Part shown: piece after piece, positions 30,763 through 41,650 of the stretch
How the letters are laid out: every line of letters starts with the position of its first letter
Numbering within the stretch: position 1 is the stretch's first letter
Source: an uncultured Thermoproteaceae archaeon
GTDB taxonomy: Archaea > Thermoproteota > Thermoprotei > Thermoproteales > Thermocladiaceae
Reading direction: 5' to 3'
Length of the DNA: 64,000 bases
Assembly: GCA_964575955.1 (NCBI GenBank)
Contig: CAZNTG010000003.1
Location: 72,662-136,661, forward strand
Position numbers and translations under genes: made by a program
Notes under the pieces: model-generated
The model's input: only the letters and a program-made list of their open reading frames with translations
Databases searched by the model: none
What the model was told of the DNA's origin: nothing

Positions 30763-31695
30763 ATGTATCCAAAGCGTATAGTTGTAGCAACTAGACCTAG
30801 CAAGCTATCTCTAATACAGACTGAGATTGCTATTAATTGGATTAGAAGATATTTTCCAGATATTGAATTTATAATTAAAACTTTCAAATCTACAGGAGAT
30901 AAAATACTTGACAAACCACTCTATGAGATTGGTGTTAAGGGAATTTTTGAGAAAGAGATTAATCTTGCAGTACTTAGAGGTGATGCTGACATTGCTATAC
31001 ATAGTTTGAAAGATCTTCCAGCATCTATAGATCCTAGACTAGAATTAGCATGCTATCCTCCAAGAGATAGTCCATATGATGTTCTTGTTGTTCCAAAGAA
31101 TTTTGAACCAGATATTGATAAGTTAGATAGAAATTCTAAAGTAGGAACTTCAAGTATTAGAAGAAAAGTATTTTTAAAATGTTTAAGAAGTGATATAGAG
31201 GTAGTACCAATTAGAGGCAATGTAGATACTAGAATAAGAAAGTTACTTAAAGGTGAGTGTGATGCATTGATAATAGCTGAATGTGGATTAGATAGATTGA
31301 GAGGTCATATTCCAGAAATTGAAGAGGTTAGATATTCGAGAATTAGTTTAGATAAAATACCGCCAGCACCTGGACAAGGAATAATTGTCGTTGTATGTAA
31401 GAGAGATGATGTAGATCTTCTAAAAATGTTAAGAGAATGCTCTCATAGAGAGACAACTATCGAAGCTATATGTGAAAGATCTTTCTTAAAATCATTTGGA
31501 GGTGGTTGTCATACACCTATAGGTTGTCTAGCTACATGCTCAGGAAATTTCTTAACGATAAGTGCATATTTTGCAGATAGAGAGACATATAGGATATATA
31601 GAGTATCTATATGTGGAAGTTCTGAAAATCCTGAGGAATTAGGTAGGAGATGTGCAGAAGAGTTGAAAAGATTAATAAAGAGTGGTGGTATGTAG
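30763..31695 (+). CDS. hemC: Hydroxymethylbilane synthase
   Basis: ATRPSKLS, HSLKDLP, GTSSIRR, RGNVDTR, GGCHTP. Confidence 0.96.
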   Translation: MYPKRIVVATRPSKLSLIQTEIAINWIRRYFPDIEFIIKTFKSTGDKILDKPLYEIGVKGIFEKEINLAVLRGDADIAIHSLKDLPASIDPRLELACYPPRDSPYDVLVVPKNFEPDIDKLDRNSKVGTSSIRRKVFLKCLRSDIEVVPIRGNVDTRIRKLLKGECDALIIAECGLDRLRGHIPEIEEVRYSRISLDKIPPAPGQGIIVVVCKRDDVDLLKMLRECSHRETTIEAICERSFLKSFGGGCHTPIGCLATCSGNFLTISAYFADRETYRIYRVSICGSSENPEELGRRCAEELKRLIKSGGM

Positions 31696-31712
31696 TCAAG
31701 ATATTTTAAGTA

Positions 31713-32096
31713 GTGCATAACTATACTAGTCTCAGTATGAAAGTTTTGAAAGATAGTGTAACTATACCAGGATTAGGATCGAGAAGTATGACTTTCAAAT
31801 TAAACTTTCCAGAAAAATTTGAAAATGAGTATAAGGTAGTTATAGATGCTATAAAGTACTTCATAGAAAATGGTGAACAGGTAGGTGATGTAGATATTGG
31901 AAATTTCATAGTTGAATTCTTCCTACTTAGAGAAGAAGATTTAGGAGAATACTACAGATCATACTACATAGCGGTATTACGTAGAATCGATGCTCCAGGA
32001 ACAGAATGTTTAGCAGTTTATAGATTTGTTATAGATTATGAGAAACAGAGTGTAGATATTGATGATGTAAGCTATTTAGCAGGTATTAAGAGGTAG
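31713..32096 (+). CDS. Hypothetical protein
   Basis: 127 aa ORF downstream of hemC. Confidence 0.55.
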   Translation: MHNYTSLSMKVLKDSVTIPGLGSRSMTFKLNFPEKFENEYKVVIDAIKYFIENGEQVGDVDIGNFIVEFFLLREEDLGEYYRSYYIAVLRRIDAPGTECLAVYRFVIDYEKQSVDIDDVSYLAGIKR

Positions 32097-32694
32097 AACT
32101 TAACACAATCTTACTCCTATACACACGTACTAGTAGACTTATAGAGAATTTTGTAGGCTTATCAACATGTCTAGTCATTCCAAAAATCTCAACTTTAACA
32201 TCGTAAACTCCAGGCTTAATTATACAAGTTCTTAAAAGTGGTGGCATTGGTACAGGTTCTGACTTACGTGTAAATGGAATTACTATAGGCATTCTAAACC
32301 AAAATATACACACAGGAATTCTCACTGTGAAGTTTCCTCTAGAAAGTTTCTTTTCAATACTCACTCTCACGTATAGATATCTAAATGCTCTACTAACATT
32401 CACAGAGTAGAATGATCCTATAAGAGCTACTGGTTCTTTAATAATAAGACTCGCACTACATACTTTAACATATTTTACAAACGTATCTGCACTTATATTA
32501 CCAAGATCTACAATACATTCCTTAGCTTCTATCAAGGTTTTATTTCCTATAAATTTAACAGGAACTACAGTACCTGTTATATGTGCTACTTTAACACTCT
32601 CTTTTTGAAGTATCATATATGCTGCAATACAGACAATAGTTATTACTAACACTGCCAATATTATAGCAATGATAAGTCTACTAGCTATCTTCAC
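32086..32694 (-). CDS. Membrane-anchored hypothetical protein with beta-rich domain
   Basis: N-terminal hydrophobic helix; basic, beta-strand-like remainder. Confidence 0.6.
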   Translation of the reverse strand: MKIASRLIIAIILAVLVITIVCIAAYMILQKESVKVAHITGTVVPVKFIGNKTLIEAKECIVDLGNISADTFVKYVKVCSASLIIKEPVALIGSFYSVNVSRAFRYLYVRVSIEKKLSRGNFTVRIPVCIFWFRMPIVIPFTRKSEPVPMPPLLRTCIIKPGVYDVKVEIFGMTRHVDKPTKFSISLLVRVYRSKIVLSSTS

Positions 32695-32738
32695 AATTTT
32701 TTAACTACGTCTAATCTTTTAAATACTTCGAACTGCTA

Positions 32739-33356
32739 TTAATCAACTACATATCTATGAAAACCTAAGTAGATATCTACTAATGATGTAAATAGTGATA
32801 TTGCAAGTATGCTAGATCCTAATGTTCCAAGTATGGTCATATATTCACATGGTCTCTCCACTATAAGTCTTCTTTTCACATATGGAGCATCTATAAATCC
32901 AGGTGGGGTAGCTATTATTAGACATGGTTTTAGGATATTTACATTACTAATTATCTTATCTAGAACTTTTGGAGATGCTCCAACAACTACTATAGAATTC
33001 TCACATATATTCAATATTTTATCTATCTGATCTACAAGTCCTTCATTATAACTTCTTCTTAGAGATGACAGTGATACTACCCTATTCTTTAATCCATATC
33101 TCTCCAATTTATATCTTATACCTGTCTCTGTTAATAGAGAATCACATAGTATTGTTCTACAATTTCTTAAAGCTTTTATACCTTCTTCAATAGCTTTATC
33201 ACTAATTTTCACAAGCTTACCTGCAATTACGAGACCTAGAGTCTGTACTACTCTTACTCTTACATACTTTATCTCTGGAGGTTCATCACTATCTTTATAA
33301 TACATTCTATATATTTTTCTTAATGCTTCTAACGTTTTTATATCGGTTGTATACAT
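32739..33356 (-). CDS. Divergent precorrin-8X methylmutase (CbiC/CobH-like)
   Basis: AIEEGIKALR..ILCD, VVGASPKVL, IIATPPGFI; adjacent to cbiH. Confidence 0.7.
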   Translation of the reverse strand: MYTTDIKTLEALRKIYRMYYKDSDEPPEIKYVRVRVVQTLGLVIAGKLVKISDKAIEEGIKALRNCRTILCDSLLTETGIRYKLERYGLKNRVVSLSSLRRSYNEGLVDQIDKILNICENSIVVVGASPKVLDKIISNVNILKPCLIIATPPGFIDAPYVKRRLIVERPCEYMTILGTLGSSILAISLFTSLVDIYLGFHRYVVD

Positions 33357-33358
33357 TT

Positions 33359-34120
33359 CTATGTGTATATCTTTGTTATTAACTTCTCTATTTTCTCTCT
33401 ATAACCTCTCTCTGCTACTAGCCATTTTCCAACTTTTTTAACTTTTGATGAGCATATTATTACTATACAATTCATATCTATATCTTCAACATCTATATCT
33501 CTCAACGTTCCAACTTTTATATTTTGACCTTCTCTCATTGCATTTTTAACAACTGCTATTATTGTATCTTCTCCCTTTATTTTCCTAACAATTTCAAATA
33601 TCTTTAATATATTTTTCTTCTTTTTTCTAGATATTGGATTATATATTGCTATTGTATAATCACCTTCTAGAGCTTTTATTAATTTGTGCTCTATCTCTTC
33701 CCAAGGTATTAGAATATCACTTAGATTTAGGATCACCATATCTCTCATAAATGGTGCTCCAAGTAGTGCTCCTGCAGCTAGAGCAGCTGTAACTCCTGGA
33801 ACTATCTCAATCTCTACACCCATATTCAATGTCTCGTTTAACTCTATACACAGTCCTGCTAGTCCATATATTCCTGGATCTCCACTACATATTAATGCTA
33901 CATCTCTCTTCTTTGATTCTCTAAGTGCTATTAGACATCTCTTAACTTCATCTCTCATACCTGTTGTGTATATTATCTTACCTTTCACTAGATGTGCAAT
34001 ATATTCAATATATCTTCCATATCCTACAACTATGTCAACCTTGTTTAATATCTGGATTGCTTTAAGTGTCATATATTCACACTTTCCAGGACCTATACCA
34101 ACTATGTATAGTTTAGCCAT
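33359..34120 (-). CDS. cbiH: Precorrin-3B C17-methyltransferase
   Basis: VGIGPG, SGDPGIYG, PGVTA, LSDILIPWE, YNP. Confidence 0.92.
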   Translation of the reverse strand: MAKLYIVGIGPGKCEYMTLKAIQILNKVDIVVGYGRYIEYIAHLVKGKIIYTTGMRDEVKRCLIALRESKKRDVALICSGDPGIYGLAGLCIELNETLNMGVEIEIVPGVTAALAAGALLGAPFMRDMVILNLSDILIPWEEIEHKLIKALEGDYTIAIYNPISRKKKKNILKIFEIVRKIKGEDTIIAVVKNAMREGQNIKVGTLRDIDVEDIDMNCIVIICSSKVKKVGKWLVAERGYREKIEKLITKIYT

Positions 34121-35624
34121 AGTTAGATTCTGCAATCTCTTTAAGCTTTTTCTCTATAAGATTTCTACTACTTTTAACTTTACCTATAAACCATTTTAAT
34201 GCTTTTTTAATTATTAAAAACTTCTTATCATTCATATAATCTTCTATAAGTTTTTCAGCCCAGTAAAGTGCATGGTCAAGACATGCCATTAGAAGTTCTA
34301 CATGGTATGGCTTTATCTTTCTAAACCATTCTTCTCTTCCAAGTCTGCTAGGTCCCATAGGTACGAAGAACATTGGAACTATGAGACTTCTATACGGTCT
34401 TAATCTTTTGATTAACTCTACTGTTGCTTTAACATCATCTTCATCTTCTTCAGGTAAGCCTACGATTATTGTTGCTGCTGGTATGATATTATGTTCATGA
34501 AATAGTGAAAATGCTTCTTCAACAATTTCAGGCCATTTCTCAATTGGGAATGGTTTAGATTTTGCTGGCATATGTTTTCTCATTAGTTTAACACTACCAC
34601 TCTCTACTCCAACTTCAACTCCAATAAATTTTTGATATTCACCATCTATGAGTATTTCTGCTAGTGTGTCTATAAGCTTCTTATTAGCTATAGCTGCTGC
34701 TAATGTACAGTGACTCCAACCTACCTGTTTCCAATACTTTTTAGCTAGTATGTGTAGTTTAATTACGGCATTCTCGTTAGGTATAACTGTGTCAGATCCA
34801 TAGAGTAGAACATCTGTACAGCTGAGAATTCCATGATTAACTCCCTCTCTAACATTTACCTGTATCTCCTTCTCTATAAAATCTAGAGGATACCATCTAA
34901 CAGGTCTACTACCTACTGAACAAAATGCACATTTTCTAGGACATCCTCTACCAATCTCAATTAAACCATTAACACTTGCATGTAGTATAGGTACAAGTTT
35001 ATCAAGTGTTAAATTATCTTTTATACCCATCTTTATGTATGATGGTACTTCTCTACCCTCTAATATCCTTTTAACAACTCTAGATACCACAATCTCCTCT
35101 CTATCTCCATTGCTGTCAACTATGACATCTATAGAATACCTATCTATCAGATCGTACATATGTAACCATTGCCATACTGCAGGTCCTGTAACTATAATCT
35201 TAAAATCATACTTATCCTTCAATCTACATACAGATTCTATAAACTCTCTAAAGAGTATGGCATTTAGAGGTTCCTTATCTATAAATGCCGTCCAGGTAGT
35301 TGTAGGTGGATTTAGACCAAACCAATCATGATGTCTTATTATGAGAACTTTCGCACCTTCCTCAATATATTTTGGAACATAGTCTGGATCAACAACTGCA
35401 GCATTTATACCATCATGAACAAGTCTTGCCTCTATTCTTCTAAGTCCATAAGGTGCTTGCCATACGATACCATTATCATGCTTCATTGGAGGACAAAATA
35501 GCCATTGTAGAAATTTTCGAGGAAGAATGACAGGCATTGTTGTTCCAAATCCAAGAAATTCCTTACCATGATGATTCGTCATTAGACTTCTATCTGTACT
35601 AAGTATAACGTCAAACCTATTCAT
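34113..35624 (-). CDS. Radical SAM protein with B12-binding-like N-terminal domain
   Basis: APYGLRRIEA, EIGRGCPRKCAFC, GVESGS. Confidence 0.9.
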   Translation of the reverse strand: MNRFDVILSTDRSLMTNHHGKEFLGFGTTMPVILPRKFLQWLFCPPMKHDNGIVWQAPYGLRRIEARLVHDGINAAVVDPDYVPKYIEEGAKVLIIRHHDWFGLNPPTTTWTAFIDKEPLNAILFREFIESVCRLKDKYDFKIIVTGPAVWQWLHMYDLIDRYSIDVIVDSNGDREEIVVSRVVKRILEGREVPSYIKMGIKDNLTLDKLVPILHASVNGLIEIGRGCPRKCAFCSVGSRPVRWYPLDFIEKEIQVNVREGVNHGILSCTDVLLYGSDTVIPNENAVIKLHILAKKYWKQVGWSHCTLAAAIANKKLIDTLAEILIDGEYQKFIGVEVGVESGSVKLMRKHMPAKSKPFPIEKWPEIVEEAFSLFHEHNIIPAATIIVGLPEEDEDDVKATVELIKRLRPYRSLIVPMFFVPMGPSRLGREEWFRKIKPYHVELLMACLDHALYWAEKLIEDYMNDKKFLIIKKALKWFIGKVKSSRNLIEKKLKEIAESNYG

Positions 35625-35874
35625 ATAGTTTACCTAGTTCAAATTCAAGTAGTTTTTCAGCTTCTTCTTCAGAATTTACAACCCATATTGATAAAGATGG
35701 ATATATGTTTCCCTTTATTACACGTCTTAGCTCACCTATGATTTCACCAATAGTTTTACATGACTTTACTACAATTATTCCTATTCTAAAACATCCTTCT
35801 GAAAGAGCTTTTCTGACCTCTATCTCAGCTTTATCAAGTTCTGTATCTTTAAGTATAAACATCTTCTGTTTCAT
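35617..35874 (-). CDS. Hypothetical protein
   Basis: 85 aa ORF overlapping the radical SAM start codon. Confidence 0.6.
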   Translation of the reverse strand: MKQKMFILKDTELDKAEIEVRKALSEGCFRIGIIVVKSCKTIGEIIGELRRVIKGNIYPSLSIWVVNSEEEAEKLLEFELGKLYE

Positions 35875-35916
35875 GTAGAAACCATAGTCTCTAAATGTTT
35901 AATAAGTACTACGTTA

Positions 35917-36900
35917 ATGATATTAAAAATGATGCGTAACGAAACCATGACTATAGCTAAGAGATTAAGAGAATTATTAGAGGAAGAAGCATCAAAAATT
36001 AATGTAGACGCAGTATTGCTTAGTGGTGGTTTAGATTCATCGATAACAACATACCTACTAAGACATTCAGATCCTACAGCTATCACTGTAATCTTGTTAG
36101 AAAATCCTGGAAAGGATGAAGAATATTCTATTAAAGTATCTAAGAAACTATCAGTTAAACATATAATACTTAAAGTAAATGTTAAATATGCTATTTCAAA
36201 AATTCCAGATATAGTAAAAATATTGAAAACATTCTCACCAATGGAAATACCTAACGATATACCTATTTTAATAGCGTTAGAATATGCTAAAAGTCAAGGA
36301 TTTACGACACTAGCAACAGGAGATGGAGGAGACGAACTATTTTGTGGATATTCATATATGACTAAGATGAGCTATGAAGAACTTGAAAAATATATTCAAA
36401 ATCTTCCCAAGTTTTGGTATTTTCCAACATTTAAACTATCTGAGAGGTTTAATATAAATTCATTATCGATATTTCTTAAAGATAGAGTCATAAACTATGC
36501 ACTAAGTATACCAGTAAAATATAAGTTGTATAGAGATGATAATACTATAATTACAAAGTATATTCTTAGATTAGCATTTCAAGACGTACTACCTAGAGAT
36601 GTTGTATGGAGAATTAAAGAACCTATTGAGTATGGTTCGGGATTTACATATATCAGAAAAGTTATTGAAAACATGATTAGTGATTATGAATTTCATAGAG
36701 AGGTTAATAGAATTATAAAAGAGGATAATGTTAAGATTGTATCTAAAGAACAACTATACTACTACAAGATCTATAGAGAATTTTATGAACCACCTCATCA
36801 ATATTCTAAAACTAGTTTAAGATGTCCTTACTGTGGTGCTGATCTAAATCCTCATAATTTAAGATATTGCTATGTATGTGGATCCTGTATAGATGTTTAG
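35917..36900 (+). CDS. Asparagine synthase-related ATP pyrophosphatase (no glutaminase domain), C-terminal Zn ribbon
   Basis: LLSGGLDSS, TGDGGDELF.GY, KYILRLAF, CPYC..CYVC. Confidence 0.88.
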   Translation: MILKMMRNETMTIAKRLRELLEEEASKINVDAVLLSGGLDSSITTYLLRHSDPTAITVILLENPGKDEEYSIKVSKKLSVKHIILKVNVKYAISKIPDIVKILKTFSPMEIPNDIPILIALEYAKSQGFTTLATGDGGDELFCGYSYMTKMSYEELEKYIQNLPKFWYFPTFKLSERFNINSLSIFLKDRVINYALSIPVKYKLYRDDNTIITKYILRLAFQDVLPRDVVWRIKEPIEYGSGFTYIRKVIENMISDYEFHREVNRIIKEDNVKIVSKEQLYYYKIYREFYEPPHQYSKTSLRCPYCGADLNPHNLRYCYVCGSCIDV

Positions 36901-38555
36901 AGGAAGTGTAGTTTGTCGATTATCAAAGCTTTACTTAGATCGTGTATGTTTATTATCTTTATGAAGAGTCCACCTCCGATACGTGATAATTTCATTAGTA
37001 GATCATCATCACTATTTTCTCCAATAGCTATTGTTGATATTGTTGCTCCCTGTCTACGTAGTCTAGTTACTTCTCTTATACATAGTTGTGCATTTACAGT
37101 TCTACCATCTGTTACACATACTACATGTTTTGCAGTACTACGTGATTTTGATAATACTTCTCTAGCTCTCTCAAGAGCATGTGCTAGATTTGTACCACCT
37201 CCAGCATATACGTAACTTAGCATGTATAGCATATGTTTCCAATACTTCTTAACTTGGTGTAATGTCCATAATACGTCTGCTCTAAAGTTGAATAGTATTA
37301 GTGAGAGTCTATCGTTAGTATTCATTAAGAATTGTACATATTTTGATACAGCATCTTTTGCAATATCTATCTTCTGTGTACCCCAGCTAAGCTCTCTCAT
37401 ACTTCCTGACACGTCTAGGCATAGTACTAGGTCTATAGATTTCACATTTGCATACTCTTTAACTATTATATCTTTTGTTGTTATCATTTTACCCATTAGA
37501 GATTTTCTACTAATGTTTATTGCTGTCTTATATAGATCTATATTTGAATAACTATCTCCAAACTTATATTCTCTCATATTTACTACATATGTCGGATATC
37601 TATCAGATCCTACAAATTTCATTATCTTTATCTGACTCATATCACTTGAATATCCTTTTGTTTTTCTTCTAAACTCTTCAAATAATCTCTTCTCTTGATG
37701 TGTTATTCTTCCATATGTTGTTCCTGTAAATCCATAACTCTTTAAGTATTTTTCAAGTTTTTTCAATACTTGAACTTTCTTTATAATATTTGCATCATAT
37801 CTAACGAACATATTTATTAACTGTGCTAGATTCATGAAGTTTGCAGCACCAATACCTCCATAAAATGCTTCGTATATTGTTGATATCATTTGTTCAACTT
37901 CATCATTTTCAGGAACTTCTTCAACTTCTCTATTAATAATCTCACCTATAGAACGTATACCACCTCTAGATCCGTAGTGTAGTGATGATTGTCTAGACAT
38001 CTCATGAAGCATTTTACTACCTGCAAAATCTATCAACTCATCACTTGTAGATCCTGATAGTGTAGACTCTTCAAAGTTTGTACCACTACCTTTACCACGT
38101 CTTTTCTGTTGTTGCATATATTGTTGTAGTTGTCTCTCTTCACCATACTCACCTTCACTTCCTGTTCCTCTTCTATCTCCTCTCTTCTTATCACCTCTAC
38201 CTTGATCTGATAGTCCTTCTCTAATTGTTTGTTCAACTTTCTTCATAACTCTATTGAAGGCATATTCAAATGCTTCTTCTAGAACTAGCTTCTTCTCTTC
38301 AGGACTTTGAGTTTCAACTGATAGATATAGGTTTTGAATACCTATTCTAGTAACTATTTCACGGAATTTTTCTTCATCAACATTTCCACCTTCGAGTAGT
38401 AGTCTGAAGTATATGTCTGCTACTGCAGCTTCATAACTTCTTATAGATCCAGGTCTTATAACGCGAGAGTCTGTCTGTAGATATTCATATACGAGTTTTA
38501 GAATATCTGAGATTAATGATACTGGGTCTAGTCTCATTATATCACTATTACTCAT
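36897..38555 (-). CDS. VWA domain protein, MoxR partner
   Basis: MIDAS DVSGS, GGTN, TDG; Gly/Gln-rich linker. Confidence 0.88.
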   Translation of the reverse strand: MSNSDIMRLDPVSLISDILKLVYEYLQTDSRVIRPGSIRSYEAAVADIYFRLLLEGGNVDEEKFREIVTRIGIQNLYLSVETQSPEEKKLVLEEAFEYAFNRVMKKVEQTIREGLSDQGRGDKKRGDRRGTGSEGEYGEERQLQQYMQQQKRRGKGSGTNFEESTLSGSTSDELIDFAGSKMLHEMSRQSSLHYGSRGGIRSIGEIINREVEEVPENDEVEQMISTIYEAFYGGIGAANFMNLAQLINMFVRYDANIIKKVQVLKKLEKYLKSYGFTGTTYGRITHQEKRLFEEFRRKTKGYSSDMSQIKIMKFVGSDRYPTYVVNMREYKFGDSYSNIDLYKTAINISRKSLMGKMITTKDIIVKEYANVKSIDLVLCLDVSGSMRELSWGTQKIDIAKDAVSKYVQFLMNTNDRLSLILFNFRADVLWTLHQVKKYWKHMLYMLSYVYAGGGTNLAHALERAREVLSKSRSTAKHVVCVTDGRTVNAQLCIREVTRLRRQGATISTIAIGENSDDDLLMKLSRIGGGLFIKIINIHDLSKALIIDKLHFL

Positions 38556-38624
38556 GCTCCTACAATATATTGAGTGTATAGCGGGGTTATAAAGTGTAGT
38601 CTGTAGTTTATGATTATTCTAGAC

Positions 38625-39689
38625 CTATCTTTTGAACATCTTCTTAGCTATTAGTAATGCTTCATCAAACTTTTTCAATAGATACTCCTTCTTCTCTTGT
38701 TCAGATGAGAAGTTTCCACGTACAGTAGATATCATGTTTTCTATTAGAGAAATCTTCAAATCATTTATTGATGGTTCTCTACATTCAATCCATGCACGAG
38801 ACATAGCATTCGCTAGTGAGTATATTGCACTTCTAATACTTGGACCAACCTCTATATTTGCATCTTGTACAAGAAGCATTAAGTATGTTGTAACTACCTC
38901 AACCATGAAGTCTGGAACTTTTGTGCCTAGATGCTCTAGCAGTGCATTTGATTTCCACTCTAAAATACCTCTTAGAACTTCTCTATCAGGATAGTTTATC
39001 TCTATCACTTTCATTCTATCAGCAAGAGCTTCGCTAAGCTCATAAACTCCTGAATATTCAGCAGGATTTGAAGTTGCAATAACTAGAAAGTCACTTCTAA
39101 TTCTAAATCCTCTAATAAATACGTAATGTTCCTGTAGTGCTTGTAGTAGTGCTGCTTGACTATATGGGTTTAATCTATTAATCTCGTCAAGTATCAATAT
39201 TCTACCATGTGCAAGTACTAGTGGTCCAGGTATGAATGCTAATGGATGATCTAGACCTGCCTGTAGTGCAACTGCAATATCTATATCACCTGTAAGTTCT
39301 GTAGCTGTCATATGGCTATGACATGCAACTTCTATGTATGGTGGGTCAGATATTGCCAATATTTCTGCTATAGTTTCTGCAAGTGTTGTCTTACCAACAC
39401 CTACAGGACCCATTATTAGTACATGTCTACCAATTGCTAAACTACTCAATAGGTCAAGTGCAACATCTCCAAGACCTTTAAGTACTTTATCAAGTTCTGA
39501 CAATATGTTTCTAATACCTTTAGTCCTGATAGCTTCAGCGATAAGCTTCTCTACCTGTATTGGTTCACGTTTTAGCAAGTCTGATAATCTTGGAAGATTT
39601 TCTAACAATTTATCATTTATACCATGATGTTCAACTTTCGACTGTTGACCTCTACCTATGTCCTGTGGAGTCTTTCTAAATCCGACCAT
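38625..39689 (-). CDS. MoxR family AAA+ ATPase
   Basis: GPVGVGKTT, LDEINR, QAALLQALQE, ATSNP, LSEALADR. Confidence 0.92.
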   Translation of the reverse strand: MVGFRKTPQDIGRGQQSKVEHHGINDKLLENLPRLSDLLKREPIQVEKLIAEAIRTKGIRNILSELDKVLKGLGDVALDLLSSLAIGRHVLIMGPVGVGKTTLAETIAEILAISDPPYIEVACHSHMTATELTGDIDIAVALQAGLDHPLAFIPGPLVLAHGRILILDEINRLNPYSQAALLQALQEHYVFIRGFRIRSDFLVIATSNPAEYSGVYELSEALADRMKVIEINYPDREVLRGILEWKSNALLEHLGTKVPDFMVEVVTTYLMLLVQDANIEVGPSIRSAIYSLANAMSRAWIECREPSINDLKISLIENMISTVRGNFSSEQEKKEYLLKKFDEALLIAKKMFKR

Positions 39690-39819
39690 TATGTCTACAG
39701 TAGCGAAATAGTGAATGTAAAATTAATAAATATTGAGGCTTTAGCACAAGTATATCCACGTGAGAGGAAGATTAATAAGGAAGTACCGAATCTGTATGTG
39801 GAGAAGACAGTTTGAATAG

Positions 39820-40155
39820 GTGATAAATATGTCCTCTACAAGGAGAACAACAAACTACATTGAGGAGACAGATATAAGTGAGTTTGACCTTAAAGCAAAA
39901 CCAGCAGATCCTAAGACAAAGTGGATTCAGAGAATTATAAAGTCCATAAGCATGTACTACAAGAGATGTCCATACTACGATATGAAGACTAGAATATGCT
40001 TCATAGCCTATGATAGAGAATCAAACATATGTCCAAGAGATGGAAAGTATGAAGGCTGTAAAATTCTTGAAGAATTTCTATCAAAAAAGTATGATGAGAT
40101 TAAAGCTAGTGGTAAACCACTACCATACGACTTTAGAGATCTTGCACTAGTCTAA
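39820..40155 (+). CDS. Cys4 hypothetical protein
   Basis: CPYYD..C..CPRDGKYEGC; GGTG SD-like sequence near the start. Confidence 0.7.
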   Translation: MINMSSTRRTTNYIEETDISEFDLKAKPADPKTKWIQRIIKSISMYYKRCPYYDMKTRICFIAYDRESNICPRDGKYEGCKILEEFLSKKYDEIKASGKPLPYDFRDLALV

Positions 40156-40260
40156 ATAATGAAGTGTAAGATATTTTAAAAAATCTTAAAATGTTAGATT
40201 CAGGATGATAATGTTTTTAATGTTTAAAATATATTTGAGAGGCTTATCCATGAGTAGATT

Positions 40261-41592
40261 ATGCAGAAATATAAAGTTGAGCCAGGCAAGTTGCTGAGAG
40301 TTGAAGGTCCAGCAGCTGTCAGAGTTATAGATGGTGAAGTTTATGTACTAGGGATAACGTATGGCGCAGATTCAAGATTTACAGTACTACGTGCTAGAAA
40401 GGTTGTTGTTAAACCATTACGTGAATCTATACTGGAAATAACTTTAGGACCTGATGGAAATGTGGAAGAAGCTAGAAGTGATGAAGAAGTTATTGATATT
40501 TGGGAAGAAGCTACATCTAAAATAGAGTTGAAAGGTATATCCGTGATTTTAGGAGCTATGGATGTTGGAAAGACAACAATGACAGTCATGATAGCAAATA
40601 AGGCTTCTAGAGCAGGATTTAGAGTTGGTATAATAGATGCAGATCTAGGACAAAATGATCTAGGACCACCAGCAACAGTAGATGCAGCAGTGCTAGAACC
40701 TGGAACATATATAACACATCTGAGAATGTTGAAACCTATAAGAGCAATGTTTCTAAAAACTACAAGCGTTGAGAGAGTGTGGCAAGATGTTGTAAATGCT
40801 GTACATAGATTAGCGAGATATCTCATAGATAATGAAGGTGTGAGTACTGTAGTAATAAATACTGATGGTTGGGTAACAACTGAGAAAGCTGTTGAATATA
40901 AAGTTAAGCTATTGGAGAAGTTAGAACCTAGAAATGTGATAATTATTCGTAGAAGTGACGAAGTAAATCAACTATTATCAACTATTAGAGAGAAGTTTCA
41001 AGATAAGATAAACATAATTGAACTTCCAGCACCACCAGCTGCTAGAGTTAGAACTAAGGAAGATAGGAGAATTCACCGTGAGATGGGATATGGTAAATAT
41101 CTCACACCACCAAGAGATATTACACTAGACTTGAAGAAGTCTCCTATAGTGAACTTCCCAATTTGTAGTGGTATAAAGGCTAATCAAGACTTGCTAAATC
41201 TAGTTAGGAAGTTTGTTAAACATCCAATAATGTACTGCGAACTTCTTGAAGGATTTATGATAGCAATAACATCACAATCTGACAAGAGAGAACCTGAAAT
41301 TGTTACAGTTCCAGGTGGTGGTAAGATTATAGTACTATCAAACGGTTGGGAGAGAGGCATACTTGTAGGACTTGAAGATGAGAATAACTTCCTACTAGCA
41401 TTAGGAAGATTGAAAAAGATATACTACAATAATCAGAAAGCTGTAATTACAGTATCTAGATCATTTTCAGATATTTCAAAGATTGATCATATTAGATTAG
41501 GAATGATTAGACTAAATGAACAATATGAAGAGATCGAGAAAGTTAATTATATTGCTAAACTAGAAAATTTACTAAAGAGAAAAGCTACATGA
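40261..41592 (+). CDS. Clp1/Grc3 family polynucleotide 5'-kinase
   Basis: GAMDVGKTT, DADLGQ, INTDGWV. Confidence 0.9.
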   Translation: MQKYKVEPGKLLRVEGPAAVRVIDGEVYVLGITYGADSRFTVLRARKVVVKPLRESILEITLGPDGNVEEARSDEEVIDIWEEATSKIELKGISVILGAMDVGKTTMTVMIANKASRAGFRVGIIDADLGQNDLGPPATVDAAVLEPGTYITHLRMLKPIRAMFLKTTSVERVWQDVVNAVHRLARYLIDNEGVSTVVINTDGWVTTEKAVEYKVKLLEKLEPRNVIIIRRSDEVNQLLSTIREKFQDKINIIELPAPPAARVRTKEDRRIHREMGYGKYLTPPRDITLDLKKSPIVNFPICSGIKANQDLLNLVRKFVKHPIMYCELLEGFMIAITSQSDKREPEIVTVPGGGKIIVLSNGWERGILVGLEDENNFLLALGRLKKIYYNNQKAVITVSRSFSDISKIDHIRLGMIRLNEQYEEIEKVNYIAKLENLLKRKAT

Positions 41593-41638
41593 TGAAGGTC
41601 TGTAGCGCTGAAGATGTGATGACCATGCTGAAGTCTGA
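41589..41638 (+). ncRNA. C/D box guide sRNA (C box contains the Clp1 stop codon)
   Basis: ATGATGA-aggtctgtagcg-CTGA-agat-GTGATGA-ccatgctgaagt-CTGA; both guides 12 nt. Confidence 0.92.
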
Positions 41639-41650
41639 GAATTATCTGAT

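Noticed and set aside
36897-39689. MoxR+VWA as the ChlI/ChlD partners of CobN
   Set aside because: The motifs are MoxR type, the genes are over 4 kb from cobN, and this pairing is common.
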